The notes: a model not told the origin generated them from the sequence alone. 64,000 nt of DNA from an uncultured Desulfobacter sp. (GCA_963665095.1 OY762069.1:1824001-1888000); one strand, 5' to 3'; shown: positions 43,102-53,384, counted from the first letter of the stretch. Translations and numbers: made by a program.

Positions 43102-43190
43102 ACCTTTGTCCTTTATCATAAAAAAACTGGTTATATTTATTTTATATACAGTGCATGGCGTTTCATGAATTTTTACACCGTGTTTTGCAG

Positions 43191-45431
43191 CTATTGAAAA
43201 AGCTCTGAAATACATCTGAATCCAATCGTATTGGAGGTAAATTCAGGCGTAAACAGCCCACGGGAGCTTATGGTGACGGTATCTTTGGCATTCCAGGCTG
43301 CGCCCTTGGCCACGCTGTACCGGATCTTTCGGCGGGTGGCAAATGGTGGATCCTGCGAATCGGTAGTCCACTCCATGACATTGCCAAGCAGGTCAGCCAT
43401 GCCAAAGGCATTGACGGCATGATCATAGGCATCCACAGAACTTGTGTCGGAAAGGCCTGAAGACTCAACGTTCAGGGCCATAGAGTTAAACTCATTGCCC
43501 CAGGGGTATTTAAGGGCCATATCTGTCCTGGCTGCCGCCTCCCACTCTGCTTCCGTTGGCAGCCGTCGGCCGATCCAGGATGCATAGGCAAAGGCATCAT
43601 CCACGCTGATCTGCACCACAGGGTGGTTTCTTTTGCCATGCAGGGTTGAACCGGGGCCTGTGGGCTGATGCCAGCACGCACCTTTAATAATGGATGATCC
43701 GGCCTGCTTTTTCCAGGACACGGCGTCGCCCTCTTTTTTAAAACGGGAATGATAAACTGTGCCAAACCCTTTTCTTTCCGCTGTGGTCACATACCCGGTC
43801 AGTTCCACAAAAATTTCAAACAATGCATTGGTCACGGGATATTTACCCATAAAAACCTGGGGCATGTCAAAGGGCTGCAGGGACAGACTTGATTTCAGTG
43901 CTTTTTCAGTGCCAATGGTATAGGTTCCGGCCGGAATTGTAACATATGCATTGTATTTTTTTTCACGCTCACCCAGGGTATCGTCAAACTGTTCGGCAAG
44001 CTCTCTGGCATTTCTGAACTCCTCCAGGGCTTTTTGCTCATCTTCATCAAGTTCATCAACCTCTTCAAGGTCCTCATCTTCGCCAAGATCAATTTCTTCG
44101 ATTTCCTGATCCTCATCCAGCTCAATGTCTTCGATTTCTTCAAGGGCCTCGTCATCGTCCAGTTCAACATCTTCGATTTCTGTGTCTTCATCTATCTCTT
44201 CAAGCTCTTCTAAGTCTTCATCTTCATCCAGTTCAACCTCTTCAATTTCCTGATCCTCATCACTTCCTTCGACCGCTTCAAGCGCATCTTCGTCCACCTC
44301 CTCGATCTCTGCGTCCAGGAGATCTTCGTCAATCTCCTCTACGTCACCATCCAGAAGATCCTCATCGACTTCTTCTATCTCTTCATCTTCATCAACTTCT
44401 ATCTCCTCAATTTCCTGATCTTCATCTATCTCTTCTATTTCTGCATCCAGAAGGTCTTCGTCAATCTCTTCAAGTTCATCATCTTCGTCCACCTCCTCGA
44501 TCTGTGCATCCAGGAGATCTTCGTCAATCTCCTCTACGTCACCATCCAGAAGATCTTCATCGACTTCTTCTATCTCTTCATCTTCATCAACTTCTATCTC
44601 CTCAATTTCCTGGTCTTCATCAATCTCTTCTATTTCCGTGTCCAGAAGGTCTTCGTCAATCTCTTCAAGTTCATCATCTTCGTCCACCTCCTCGATCTCT
44701 GCGTCCAGGAGATCTTCGTCAATCTCCTCTATCTCTTCATCTTCATCAACTTCTATCTCCTCAATTTCCTGGTCTTCCTCTACCTCCTCAATCTCCTCAA
44801 TCTCCTCTATTTCGCTATCATCTATCTCCTCAATCTCAACATCTTCATCTTCTGAAACCCCCTCACTGCCGCCACCGGCAGCGCCATCTGCATCATCATC
44901 AAAAATTCCGGCATTCAGACGATTTAATACCTTTTTGATCTGCTCAATAACATCAATGGATTCATTATCAGCATCAGGGGATTCTATTTTATCCAGAAAC
45001 TCAGCCACTGCTTTAAGAACATCCGCAGCCTTGGTCAGGTCAAAGCCGTCTGTTTTGACTGCATCACTGAAAGACTGCAAAAGACTGCTTTTAGCAGCCT
45101 CTGTCATATCAAAGGTGTTGGTATCAGTAATTGTTATCTCTTCCGGGTTAAGACCATCCCGGACAAGTTTACTTAAATCCGCGTTAATGGAAGATTTCAG
45201 GCTGGAAAAATTTCTTCTTTTGGACTTGAGTTTAGAGGGATTATCTCCTACATCCCAAATTTGTTGAATCAGGGTGTCGCTGTCAATGAAGTTAAGCTGC
45301 TGCACCGCGTCTTCGGAAACATAATAGGCACAGATGGCCTGCATGGCCTTATCCTTGACAGAACCGGGGCGGTAGTTAAGATTTTCTACTGCCTGTGTAA
45401 TACCGGACAGCGTAACGGATACATTGGCCAA
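43191..45431 (-). CDS. FGE-sulfatase (SUMF1/C-type-lectin fold) protein with a long Asp/Glu-rich repeat linker
   Basis: C-terminal YPVTN, HPVVQIS, RLPTEAEWE, GNVMEW, GFRC; roughly 280-aa acidic tract. Confidence 0.85.
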   Translation of the reverse strand: MANVSVTLSGITQAVENLNYRPGSVKDKAMQAICAYYVSEDAVQQLNFIDSDTLIQQIWDVGDNPSKLKSKRRNFSSLKSSINADLSKLVRDGLNPEEITITDTNTFDMTEAAKSSLLQSFSDAVKTDGFDLTKAADVLKAVAEFLDKIESPDADNESIDVIEQIKKVLNRLNAGIFDDDADGAAGGGSEGVSEDEDVEIEEIDDSEIEEIEEIEEVEEDQEIEEIEVDEDEEIEEIDEDLLDAEIEEVDEDDELEEIDEDLLDTEIEEIDEDQEIEEIEVDEDEEIEEVDEDLLDGDVEEIDEDLLDAQIEEVDEDDELEEIDEDLLDAEIEEIDEDQEIEEIEVDEDEEIEEVDEDLLDGDVEEIDEDLLDAEIEEVDEDALEAVEGSDEDQEIEEVELDEDEDLEELEEIDEDTEIEDVELDDDEALEEIEDIELDEDQEIEEIDLGEDEDLEEVDELDEDEQKALEEFRNARELAEQFDDTLGEREKKYNAYVTIPAGTYTIGTEKALKSSLSLQPFDMPQVFMGKYPVTNALFEIFVELTGYVTTAERKGFGTVYHSRFKKEGDAVSWKKQAGSSIIKGACWHQPTGPGSTLHGKRNHPVVQISVDDAFAYASWIGRRLPTEAEWEAAARTDMALKYPWGNEFNSMALNVESSGLSDTSSVDAYDHAVNAFGMADLLGNVMEWTTDSQDPPFATRRKIRYSVAKGAAWNAKDTVTISSRGLFTPEFTSNTIGFRCISELFQ
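44290..44775. repeat. 195-bp (65-aa) intragenic tandem repeat, ~2.5 copies
   Basis: TCGTCCACCTCCTCGATCT recurs at 44290, 44485 and 44680. Confidence 0.85.
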
Positions 45432-45709
45432 ATTAAGGCGTCCTCCTTAAAATATCATCCTGATTTAAGATAAAAGAAAAAGCAAAGTCAGAGCAACACG
45501 TAAGGCCCGGATATTTTTTTTAAGCCAGGCCTTGGTTTTAGCGTGCTTTTGATACAAACATTATGATATAAGATAATTTATATTTCAATTGAACAAAAAA
45601 ATCTTGAGCGCCTGAAAAAAAATCCCCGTGCCTATTGCGGATAAAATTGTTTGGTATTAAAAAAGCCTTGAGCGTTGATTTTTTATAATATGCAAAAAAT
45701 AAACATGAT

Positions 45710-46480
45710 ATGAGAAAAGTTTTAACAATTTCAGGACTGCGGGGCGGCAGCGGAAAGAGCATCACCGCCCTGAATTTGTCCGTATCGGTTGCTCTGTACG
45801 AAAAAAAAGTTTTACTGGTTGACTGTGATCCCCAGGCCGGTGCCTCGCAATGGTGTAAAGAGGCAAACCTGAAAAATGGCCACGATCTTGCCCAGGTTCT
45901 GTCCGGCAGAATCACAATTCCTGATGCGGTATCAAAGACGCCCATTGAGGGACTTGATATACTGCCTGCTGGCTTTGGACTATTTTCCCTGTCATTGAAA
46001 CTTACCAGGCGCAGGGATAATGAAAAATTGCTGCGTCTGGTTATTGATGAAGTCCTGGATGACTATGATATGGTTATTCTGGATGCGCCCTCATCCTGCG
46101 GGTATTTGAGCATTGCAGCACTCACGGCTGCTGACTGGCTGGCTGCCGTTGTTACGCCGGACCAAGACTGGATTAATGATTTTCATGCCCTGATTAAAAT
46201 TGTCCGGTATATCCGTAAATCACATAATGCACCACTTGGCATTGCCGGCATTTTGTTCAACCAATGCAACAGCAAAGAGGAGATGGAATATGGGACGGCC
46301 CCTGATGCTTTAGCACCGATTCGCCCACTGATTTACCAGACCATGATTCCCAGTGACGATACAGTTGACAAAAACCGGCCGAAAACAAGCCCTGTTGCCC
46401 TGTATGACGTAAAAAATCCTTTAGCTCAGGCATACCTGGGTATGGCCCAAGAAGTTATCTGTGCATTTAATCTGAAATGA
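45710..46480 (+). CDS. ParA/Soj-family ATPase
   Basis: Deviant Walker A RGGSGKS, VDCDPQ, ILDAP. Confidence 0.85.
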   Translation: MRKVLTISGLRGGSGKSITALNLSVSVALYEKKVLLVDCDPQAGASQWCKEANLKNGHDLAQVLSGRITIPDAVSKTPIEGLDILPAGFGLFSLSLKLTRRRDNEKLLRLVIDEVLDDYDMVILDAPSSCGYLSIAALTAADWLAAVVTPDQDWINDFHALIKIVRYIRKSHNAPLGIAGILFNQCNSKEEMEYGTAPDALAPIRPLIYQTMIPSDDTVDKNRPKTSPVALYDVKNPLAQAYLGMAQEVICAFNLK

Positions 46481-46490
46481 GGAGAACTCA

Positions 46491-46907
46491 TTGAAACTGA
46501 CCAATCCCGAATTCATCCAGGAGAGTGAAAAAGAGTTTATCGATACAATCAATGCGGAACTTGACTGGGATGTTATAGAGCAGCTGCTTCTGGACAAACA
46601 TGGTTTTGAAGTCCAGGACGATATCGAATACAAGGACGGCAACCTGGTCGTTTACAACAATGAAATTGCCTATAAATTTGATTTTGAAATAAAAGTTCCT
46701 CTTTCAGTCATATTTAACCGCAGCGGCGAATGCATGGACCTGTCTACCAGGAAAGAGCCCCCTGAAGAGGAAGCAAACCTGGGACCGAGCCATGCAGAAT
46801 CCGATGACAATACAGAAATCAGCGTTCGTCCGGACAAGCGCAAAGTTGAGGAAATGGCTGTTGAAATTGCTGATTTAATTTCTGAAATTAACAACGATAA
46901 ACAATAA
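46491..46907 (+). CDS. Hypothetical acidic protein
   Basis: 138-aa ORF, AGGAG RBS, co-oriented with the parA-like gene. Confidence 0.7.
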   Translation: MKLTNPEFIQESEKEFIDTINAELDWDVIEQLLLDKHGFEVQDDIEYKDGNLVVYNNEIAYKFDFEIKVPLSVIFNRSGECMDLSTRKEPPEEEANLGPSHAESDDNTEISVRPDKRKVEEMAVEIADLISEINNDKQ

Positions 46908-46919
46908 GGAGCTTAATGT

Positions 46920-48377
46920 ATGCAGGAGGACAGCAACATTAGTCGGGAGTCTGTCAGAAGCCAGTTGGATGAAATCCTTGCCAAGGAAATTGTATCATTC
47001 ATTGATGTTGATTCCAACGCAGCCATGATGTCGTTCAATCTTGCCACTATTTCCTGTATTATTATTATTGTTGAAAGAGAACGAGAAATTAAACAATTTA
47101 CAGATTCCCCGCCCGAACGATTCACCCGGGAAACTTTTACATCCGAACTTTCAGATATCGGGCTGGATCATGATGATTATCTTGAAAGTGCCGTTTCAAT
47201 CGTTATTAATTCAGGATATATCAGCACGCTTGCCACTAAAGAACTGAAGGCTGAAATGCCGGCATTTATGATGGCAGGTTTCTTGGATTCCATGTTTCCG
47301 GGCATGCAGGGACTGAATCTTATAGCATTTATTCTTCAAATAAATGAAGAGGTCAACTCCGGTCGTAAAAGTCTTCAACTTGCAAAGCAAAGTTTCGAAA
47401 CCACGCTGAAAACCAGGGGCGTTTCAGTTACCAGGGACAAGGCGGAAGAACGCGCCACAGAAATGGTTAAAGGCGTACAGCATGCCAGTGCGGTTCATCA
47501 GTCAAGACAGGTTTCAGCTCAGCTCAAGAAGGCAAATGTGAATAAACTGTCCATGCTGATGAAAAGCAGGAAACAGCGTACCGCGGGATTTCAGGAAAAA
47601 GTCAAAATCCAGAATCTGTTTGACAAAGGGCCGTCCAAAGAGGAGGCAGAAGCTGAAGAACAGAAACGTCAAAAAGCGGAAGAAGAGGCCCGGAAAGCTG
47701 CCGAGCTGGCCCAGCAGCTGGCAGAAAAAGAAGAAAAAATAAAGGAAGCGCAAGACACTGCCAAAGAGCTGGAAGAACAGCTTAAAGCTATTGAAGAAAA
47801 GGAAAGAGAGGCAGAAGCGGCCCGGGCGGAGGCTCAGGCGGCAAAAGAACAGGCGGAAGCCCTGGCTGCCCGGGAAAAAGAGATGGCTGAAAAAGAGGCC
47901 AGACTCAAAGCGCTTGAAGAAGAGATCCAACGACGGGAAGAAGAGGCAAAAAAAGAAGCCGAGGCCAAGGCAATGGCGGCACAGGAGGCAGACCATCCCA
48001 AAGAGAACGACGATATAGAATCCCGGATTGCTGAGTTTGAACAAAGTCTTGCCATGCCATGTCCTCTTTGTAACAAAGGGCGGGTTGAAGAAAAAGCCAC
48101 GGATAAGGGCAAGGTATTTTACTCCTGTACCCAGAAAGAGTGCCGATTTGTTTCCTGGGACAAGCCCTATCATTTTGAATGCCCTTTATGCAAAAATCCT
48201 TTTTTGGTTGAAACGGTTGCTCCATCTGGCATTCCAGGTCTAAAATGTCCCAGAGCGTCATGTTCATACTCCCAGGATAATCTGCTGGCCCCGGCCCAGC
48301 ACCTTGCCGCAGCCCAGGCATCAGCTGATCAGCCCAAAAAGAAGAAAAAACTTGTAAGAAGAGTAAAACGCCGTTAA
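46920..48377 (+). CDS. Coiled-coil protein with topoisomerase-type C4 Zn ribbons and a basic tail
   Basis: EAK-rich heptads; CPLC..C..C, CPLC..CPRASC; ends KKKKKLVRRVKRR. Confidence 0.75.
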   Translation: MQEDSNISRESVRSQLDEILAKEIVSFIDVDSNAAMMSFNLATISCIIIIVEREREIKQFTDSPPERFTRETFTSELSDIGLDHDDYLESAVSIVINSGYISTLATKELKAEMPAFMMAGFLDSMFPGMQGLNLIAFILQINEEVNSGRKSLQLAKQSFETTLKTRGVSVTRDKAEERATEMVKGVQHASAVHQSRQVSAQLKKANVNKLSMLMKSRKQRTAGFQEKVKIQNLFDKGPSKEEAEAEEQKRQKAEEEARKAAELAQQLAEKEEKIKEAQDTAKELEEQLKAIEEKEREAEAARAEAQAAKEQAEALAAREKEMAEKEARLKALEEEIQRREEEAKKEAEAKAMAAQEADHPKENDDIESRIAEFEQSLAMPCPLCNKGRVEEKATDKGKVFYSCTQKECRFVSWDKPYHFECPLCKNPFLVETVAPSGIPGLKCPRASCSYSQDNLLAPAQHLAAAQASADQPKKKKKLVRRVKRR

Positions 48378-48492
48378 CGGATCATTTTTTCATTAACAGA
48401 TTAACAATATTTTACACGTTTACTGTCTCAGGCCGGATTGACCGATGATATGATTCATGGCATAGTTTGGGTATGTTACAAAGAAACCACAT

Positions 48493-50658
48493 ATGCAAAC
48501 ATTTGAAATGCCCATGCCCAACTCTTTGAAAATCCAGGATGGTCCTTATTTTAAAACCATTGACAACGCAGCACCAGATATAATCATCCGAATCGGCAGA
48601 GACCGGATATTCAGACGTTTTGATGGAAACCTGGATGATCTGTACTGGCAGGGGGGAACCTGTCTTAACAAAAGCATTGACGCTGTCATGCCGCAGGATT
48701 CAGCTCAACGCCTTTCCGATGCCCTGGAGAGAACTTTCACAACAGGGCTTGTCCAGCATCTGGAATATACCCTGACCTCAGGGGATCGCACCTTCTACTA
48801 TAATGCCTGCATAGTCAAATACAGTGATGATGAAGCGATAGTTCTTGTCCGGAATATTACCCGGAAACGGAAAGATGAACAGGAACTTACTGAACAGTAC
48901 TCGCTACTGGAGAGACGATTTAAGAATCACAGGACAAATCTGTCCAGGGCGGAAAGAAAATATCAGGACATCTTTCATCATTCCGGTGCGCCTTCCATCA
49001 TAGTTGAACAGGACCGAACCATCTCCATGGCAAATCAGAAATTTTCTAAATTCATCAAATTCTCCCGGGATGAAATCGAAGGCCACAAAATGTGGACTGA
49101 TTTTGTGCACCCCTTGGACCGGGATATGGCCACGATGTATCATTTTGCCAGAAGACAGGGAGCTATTGATGTTCCCGGTGAATACGAGTGCCGTTTTGTT
49201 GATCGGAACAGTGCCATAAAATCGGTTATTGTCAAAGTGGGTTTTTTGTCTGACCCGGGCCGCACGGTGATTTCAATTATAGATATCACATCGCTGAAAC
49301 AGAAGGAAAAAACGATTCGGGACCGGGAAAGCCTTTACAGTGCCATACTTGAAGGGTATGACGGCCTTATCTATATCATTGATAAATCCTATCACATCCA
49401 GTTTACCAATGAGAAAGTCATTCAGCTTTTAGGAAAGGATGTCACCGGTAAAATCTGCTACCAGGTTATTCATAATCGGCAGTCTAAATGCCACTGGTGC
49501 GTCGCTGAACAGGTATTTGAAGGCAATCGGGTCCGGTTTGAGATAAAAAATCCCCATGATAAAAAATGGTATTACAGTGTGAATGTGCCGGTGACACTGT
49601 CTGACAATTCCATATTCTGCCAGACCATGATCGTTGATATTGATGAGGCCAAGAAAAACGAAGAAGCGCTGCGGGCCAGTGAGGCACATTTCCGCGAAGA
49701 AAACTCCCGGCTGCGCAGCAGCATAGATGACCGCCAGGGGTTCGGAGACATTGTGGGAAAGAGTCGCCTGATGCAGGAAGTTTATGAACTGCTTCTTCTG
49801 GCGGCATCTTCTGAAAACAACGTCATTCTTTACGGAGAATCCGGTACCGGCAAGGAGCTGGCAGCCAAGACCATACATGATATGAGTAACCGGCGCACCG
49901 GCAGATTTGTCCCCATCAACTGCGGCGCCATACCCCAGAACCTTTTGGAAAGCGAATTTTTCGGATATAAAAAAGGCGCCTTTACCGGTGCTCATGCAGA
50001 TAAGGCCGGGCTGCTGGATGAGGCAGACAAAGGCAGCCTTTTTCTTGATGAGATAGGCGAAATTGAGACCGGATTTCAGGTAAAGCTGCTCAGGGCTATT
50101 GAGGGTGGGGGATACACGCCTGTGGGGGGAAGCAAACTTCTTCGACCTGATTTGAGGATTATTGCCGCTACAAACCGCAATCTGACTGAGAGAGTAAAAA
50201 AAGGAGAAATGCGCTCTGATTTTTTTTACCGGATTCATGTCATTCCCATTTATCTGCCACCGCTAAGAAACCGTAAACAGGATATCCCTCTGCTCATTGA
50301 ACACTTTCTCAAGGCGTATGACCGAAAGATCAGGCCCAGAATCACCTCAAATGTCATGCAGACGATGATGGAACATGACTGGCCCGGTAATGTCAGGGAG
50401 CTTCAGAATGTCCTTTACCGGTTTGTCACCCTGAAACGACTGGACCTGAACGATACAGTTCTGCCGGCTGAAAGCAGTATGAAGCTCGCGCCGGCAGTAT
50501 CGACGGATACATCACTGGCAGATGCAGTTGCCGGATTTGAAAAGCAGGTCATTTTATCCGCCCTGGATCAGTTCAGATGGAACCGGACTCAGGCAGCCAG
50601 GCATCTCGGGATCGGCCTTCGAACCCTCCAGCGAAAAATGAAACTTTACTCTATTTAG
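48493..50658 (+). CDS. PAS-domain sigma54-dependent transcriptional activator
   Basis: GESGTGKE, GAFTGA, FLDEIGE, WPGNVREL, Fis-type HTH. Confidence 0.95.
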   Translation: MQTFEMPMPNSLKIQDGPYFKTIDNAAPDIIIRIGRDRIFRRFDGNLDDLYWQGGTCLNKSIDAVMPQDSAQRLSDALERTFTTGLVQHLEYTLTSGDRTFYYNACIVKYSDDEAIVLVRNITRKRKDEQELTEQYSLLERRFKNHRTNLSRAERKYQDIFHHSGAPSIIVEQDRTISMANQKFSKFIKFSRDEIEGHKMWTDFVHPLDRDMATMYHFARRQGAIDVPGEYECRFVDRNSAIKSVIVKVGFLSDPGRTVISIIDITSLKQKEKTIRDRESLYSAILEGYDGLIYIIDKSYHIQFTNEKVIQLLGKDVTGKICYQVIHNRQSKCHWCVAEQVFEGNRVRFEIKNPHDKKWYYSVNVPVTLSDNSIFCQTMIVDIDEAKKNEEALRASEAHFREENSRLRSSIDDRQGFGDIVGKSRLMQEVYELLLLAASSENNVILYGESGTGKELAAKTIHDMSNRRTGRFVPINCGAIPQNLLESEFFGYKKGAFTGAHADKAGLLDEADKGSLFLDEIGEIETGFQVKLLRAIEGGGYTPVGGSKLLRPDLRIIAATNRNLTERVKKGEMRSDFFYRIHVIPIYLPPLRNRKQDIPLLIEHFLKAYDRKIRPRITSNVMQTMMEHDWPGNVRELQNVLYRFVTLKRLDLNDTVLPAESSMKLAPAVSTDTSLADAVAGFEKQVILSALDQFRWNRTQAARHLGIGLRTLQRKMKLYSI

Positions 50659-50691
50659 GGTTACCACCCTATGACCACACCGGCACAAACC

Positions 50692-50901
50692 ACGCCAAAC
50701 TTGACGCACTAATAATATATACAATAAAATCAAAATATTACAAATAAAACCCGCAAAACTATGCCAACTTTGACGCACATCACAGCCTCTATATATTTAT
50801 AAACAAAATACGCATTCCAAACCTCTATTTTATTTTAGCTTAAATTTCTATGACTTAATAATTAAATGGCCGGCATTTTCCTTTTTGGCATAAATATTGA
50901 T
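50692..50901 (+). promoter_or_regulatory. Putative sigma54 promoter with two enhancer (UAS) sites
   Basis: ACGCCAAACTTGACGCAC (50692) and ATGCCAACTTTGACGCAC (50761); AT-rich spacer; TGGCAT-N5-TTGAT at 50886-50901. Confidence 0.6.
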
Positions 50902-50971
50902 CTAACTCATTTTAGAAATGATGAAAACATGCTGAAAATTGAATAATTAACAATAACACAAGGAAAGCCCC

Positions 50972-51136
50972 ATGCAATACAGATTTGAAAATGCGTATGA
51001 TTCGAACACTGCAAGGTTGCAGGTTTTGGTTCAAAGAAAAAAGAAAATCAGCACCCAAAAGAACACCCGCTCCATAAAAGCGCTTCCCACCCTCCTGCTC
51101 GGAACGATTCTGGCGGTAAAAAAGGCGCTTGTTTAA
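50972..51136 (+). CDS. Small basic hypothetical protein (54 aa)
   Basis: AAGGA RBS; MQYRFENAYDSNTARLQVLVQRKKKISTQKNTRSIKALPTLLLGTILAVKKALV; below the ORF-track cutoff. Confidence 0.4.
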   Translation: MQYRFENAYDSNTARLQVLVQRKKKISTQKNTRSIKALPTLLLGTILAVKKALV

Positions 51137-51196
51137 CAATCCCAGGTGTGTACGGTTTCAAGCCTACACTGAAACCAGTTCCTTCACTGACAATAA

Positions 51197-51232
51197 CGGC
51201 AAACCCTTCTAAAATGAGGGGTTTGCCGCTTT
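51197..51232. terminator. Hairpin terminator between convergent units
   Basis: CGGCAAACCCTTC-loop-GAGGGGTTTGCCG. Confidence 0.65.
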
Positions 51233-51249
51233 AAGTTCTCCCCTGCCCC

Positions 51250-51987
51250 TTACTTTACAGCCATCATAGAGGCAAAATTAAACCATTTCAGCCAGAGATT
51301 GAATGAGGAAAACCCAGCCTTTTTGATACGCTGTTCATGCTCGGCTACGGATTCAGGGATCAGCACCTTTTCCAAGGCATCCCGCTTCTGACTGATTTCA
51401 AGATTGGTATATCCGTTCTCCCGTTTAAACTGGAAATATGTCTCCTGTTCGAGCTTATTAAGGTCCTGGTCCGGATGAACTGTTTTTTCCGTTAACAGCA
51501 TTACCCCGCCCTTATTCAAACCATCATAAACAGACTGGACAAGCTGATCTCTTTTTTCAGGATCCAGAAACTGTAATGTCAGGTTAATGACCACAATTGA
51601 GGCATTGGTGATATGTATATCCTCAATATGTCCACATACCAGGTCAATGCAGGTACTACCCGGATGGGCATGAAGCCGTTTTTTATATCTTTGAATCATG
51701 GGCATGGAACTGTCCACACCGATCAACCTGAAAGGCGTCGAACCAAAACAGTCTGACAGCAGAATGCCAAAGTTTCCATGGGAACATCCCAGATCAAAAA
51801 TATTTGTACCGGGTTTGTAATAGTGGTGACTGATCCTGACCTGCTGTTTTAATGTCTCTCCATATAAAGGGACAGACCTGACCAGCATATCGTCAAACAC
51901 CCGGGCCACCTTTTCGCTGAACCGGAAGGGAGTAATAGTGGTTAGTTTATTTGAAAACACCTTATCTTTAAACATAATACTGTCCAT
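51250..51987 (-). CDS. cmoA: Carboxy-S-adenosyl-L-methionine synthase
   Basis: F.F...VA.VFDDMLVRSVPLY, DLGCSHG, NLTLQF, EISQKRDALE, WFNF. Confidence 0.9.
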   Translation of the reverse strand: MDSIMFKDKVFSNKLTTITPFRFSEKVARVFDDMLVRSVPLYGETLKQQVRISHHYYKPGTNIFDLGCSHGNFGILLSDCFGSTPFRLIGVDSSMPMIQRYKKRLHAHPGSTCIDLVCGHIEDIHITNASIVVINLTLQFLDPEKRDQLVQSVYDGLNKGGVMLLTEKTVHPDQDLNKLEQETYFQFKRENGYTNLEISQKRDALEKVLIPESVAEHEQRIKKAGFSSFNLWLKWFNFASMMAVK

Positions 51988-52235
51988 TTAAATCGGCCGG
52001 TTATACCCTATTTGGTAGTTTTTCGCAAGGTCGTCTTTCAATTTGATTTTTCCATCACACAGGCTCATCTCTGACACCCGGAATTGTTCCCGATTAAGGG
52101 ATGAATAAAACAGGACAAGGGTTTGTGGCTGTTTCATTGCTTGACTGTTATGGAACACAATGATATTTTCAGCTAGTCATATCTGAAGAAAAGCAATTCA
52201 CAACATTCCAGGCAAATGAATCAGGAGGTCAGGGC

Positions 52236-53375
52236 ATGGAAATCATCGGCATTGATGTGGGTTTCGGTTTTACCAAAGCTTATAACGGCCATAAGTCTGT
52301 TATTTTTAAATCCCTGATCGGCGACGCTGCCGACATCCAGTTCAGGTCATCCTTAGGGGACAGCGCAGCGACTGCCAACCTCCATATTACACTTGATAAC
52401 AAAACCTATTTTCTGGGTTCCTATGCAGAAAGTCAGTCCAATATTGCTGAGTACACGCTTGATCAGCACAAAATGGTGGAAGAATTTATTAAAATTCTGG
52501 CCATTGCTGCGGTGGGCATCTGCAGTTCGGAACAAGATGCGATTAATGTGGTTACAGGCCTTCCTGTAACTTACCTTAAGCGGGACAGCAAGCGATTCAA
52601 GCAGATTATCCAGGGTGAACACGAAATCATTTACCATCACCAGGATCGGCCGGATGAACGCAAAAAAATCAACATTGATAAAGTGCATGTTATTCCCCAG
52701 CCCATCGGATCTATTTTCAACCTGATTTTTGATGACCAGGGCAGAATTTGCGACCGGGCTTTAGCAGCATCCAAACTCGGGGTTGTGGATATTGGATATA
52801 AAACAACGGATTTTTCCATTTTTGATCATCTCCAGTATATTGAAAGGGGATCTTCAACCATGGACACCGGGATTTCAAAATGTTTTTCAGGGATTGCCGC
52901 CAAGCTTCGCCAGGAGAGCGGCATTAACGTTGAGTTATATAAAATTTTCAAATTTATTGATTCCGGGATAATTAAAATAAAAGGCCGGGAATACAACATT
53001 GTAAACCTGAAGAAAAGAGTATACACCCATGCGGCATCTGCCATCGCGTCGGATTTGAATCGGCTGTGGGAAAATGACTGGGATATTGATTCAATCATCA
53101 TTTCCGGCGGCGGATCTATTCCCCTGGCCGAATATTTGATCCCGGAAATAGAAGGCAGTGTCATTCCCATACCTAAAAGCATTGATGCTCGTTTTAATAA
53201 TGTTCAGGGCTATTGCAAATTTGGTTATTACAAATGGGGTAAAGATAAAATTATTCCGGCGGTTCCTGCGCCTGCCCCCAAGCAAGGAACACCGGAAACG
53301 GCAGATGAAACCACTGAAACAGAAGATTCTGAAAAATCTGGAAAGGGACTTGCCTGGCTCAGGCGGCAGGGTTAA
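52236..53375 (+). CDS. ParM/StbA-family actin-like ATPase
   Basis: GIDVGFGFTK, VTGLP, IPQP, VDIGYKTTD, SGGGS, NVQGY. Confidence 0.88.
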   Translation: MEIIGIDVGFGFTKAYNGHKSVIFKSLIGDAADIQFRSSLGDSAATANLHITLDNKTYFLGSYAESQSNIAEYTLDQHKMVEEFIKILAIAAVGICSSEQDAINVVTGLPVTYLKRDSKRFKQIIQGEHEIIYHHQDRPDERKKINIDKVHVIPQPIGSIFNLIFDDQGRICDRALAASKLGVVDIGYKTTDFSIFDHLQYIERGSSTMDTGISKCFSGIAAKLRQESGINVELYKIFKFIDSGIIKIKGREYNIVNLKKRVYTHAASAIASDLNRLWENDWDIDSIIISGGGSIPLAEYLIPEIEGSVIPIPKSIDARFNNVQGYCKFGYYKWGKDKIIPAVPAPAPKQGTPETADETTETEDSEKSGKGLAWLRRQG

Positions 53376-53384
53376 CGTTTTTAT

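Noticed and set aside
43191..43400. DGR target (FGE/CLec fold ending GFRC)
   Set aside because: No reverse transcriptase and no template-repeat copy in the window.
44504..45267. Ser-rich and His/Leu-rich plus-strand ORFs
   Set aside because: Antisense shadows of the acidic repeat gene.
46920..48377. DNA topoisomerase I
   Set aside because: Only Zn-ribbon repeats are present; no TOPRIM or catalytic topoisomerase core.
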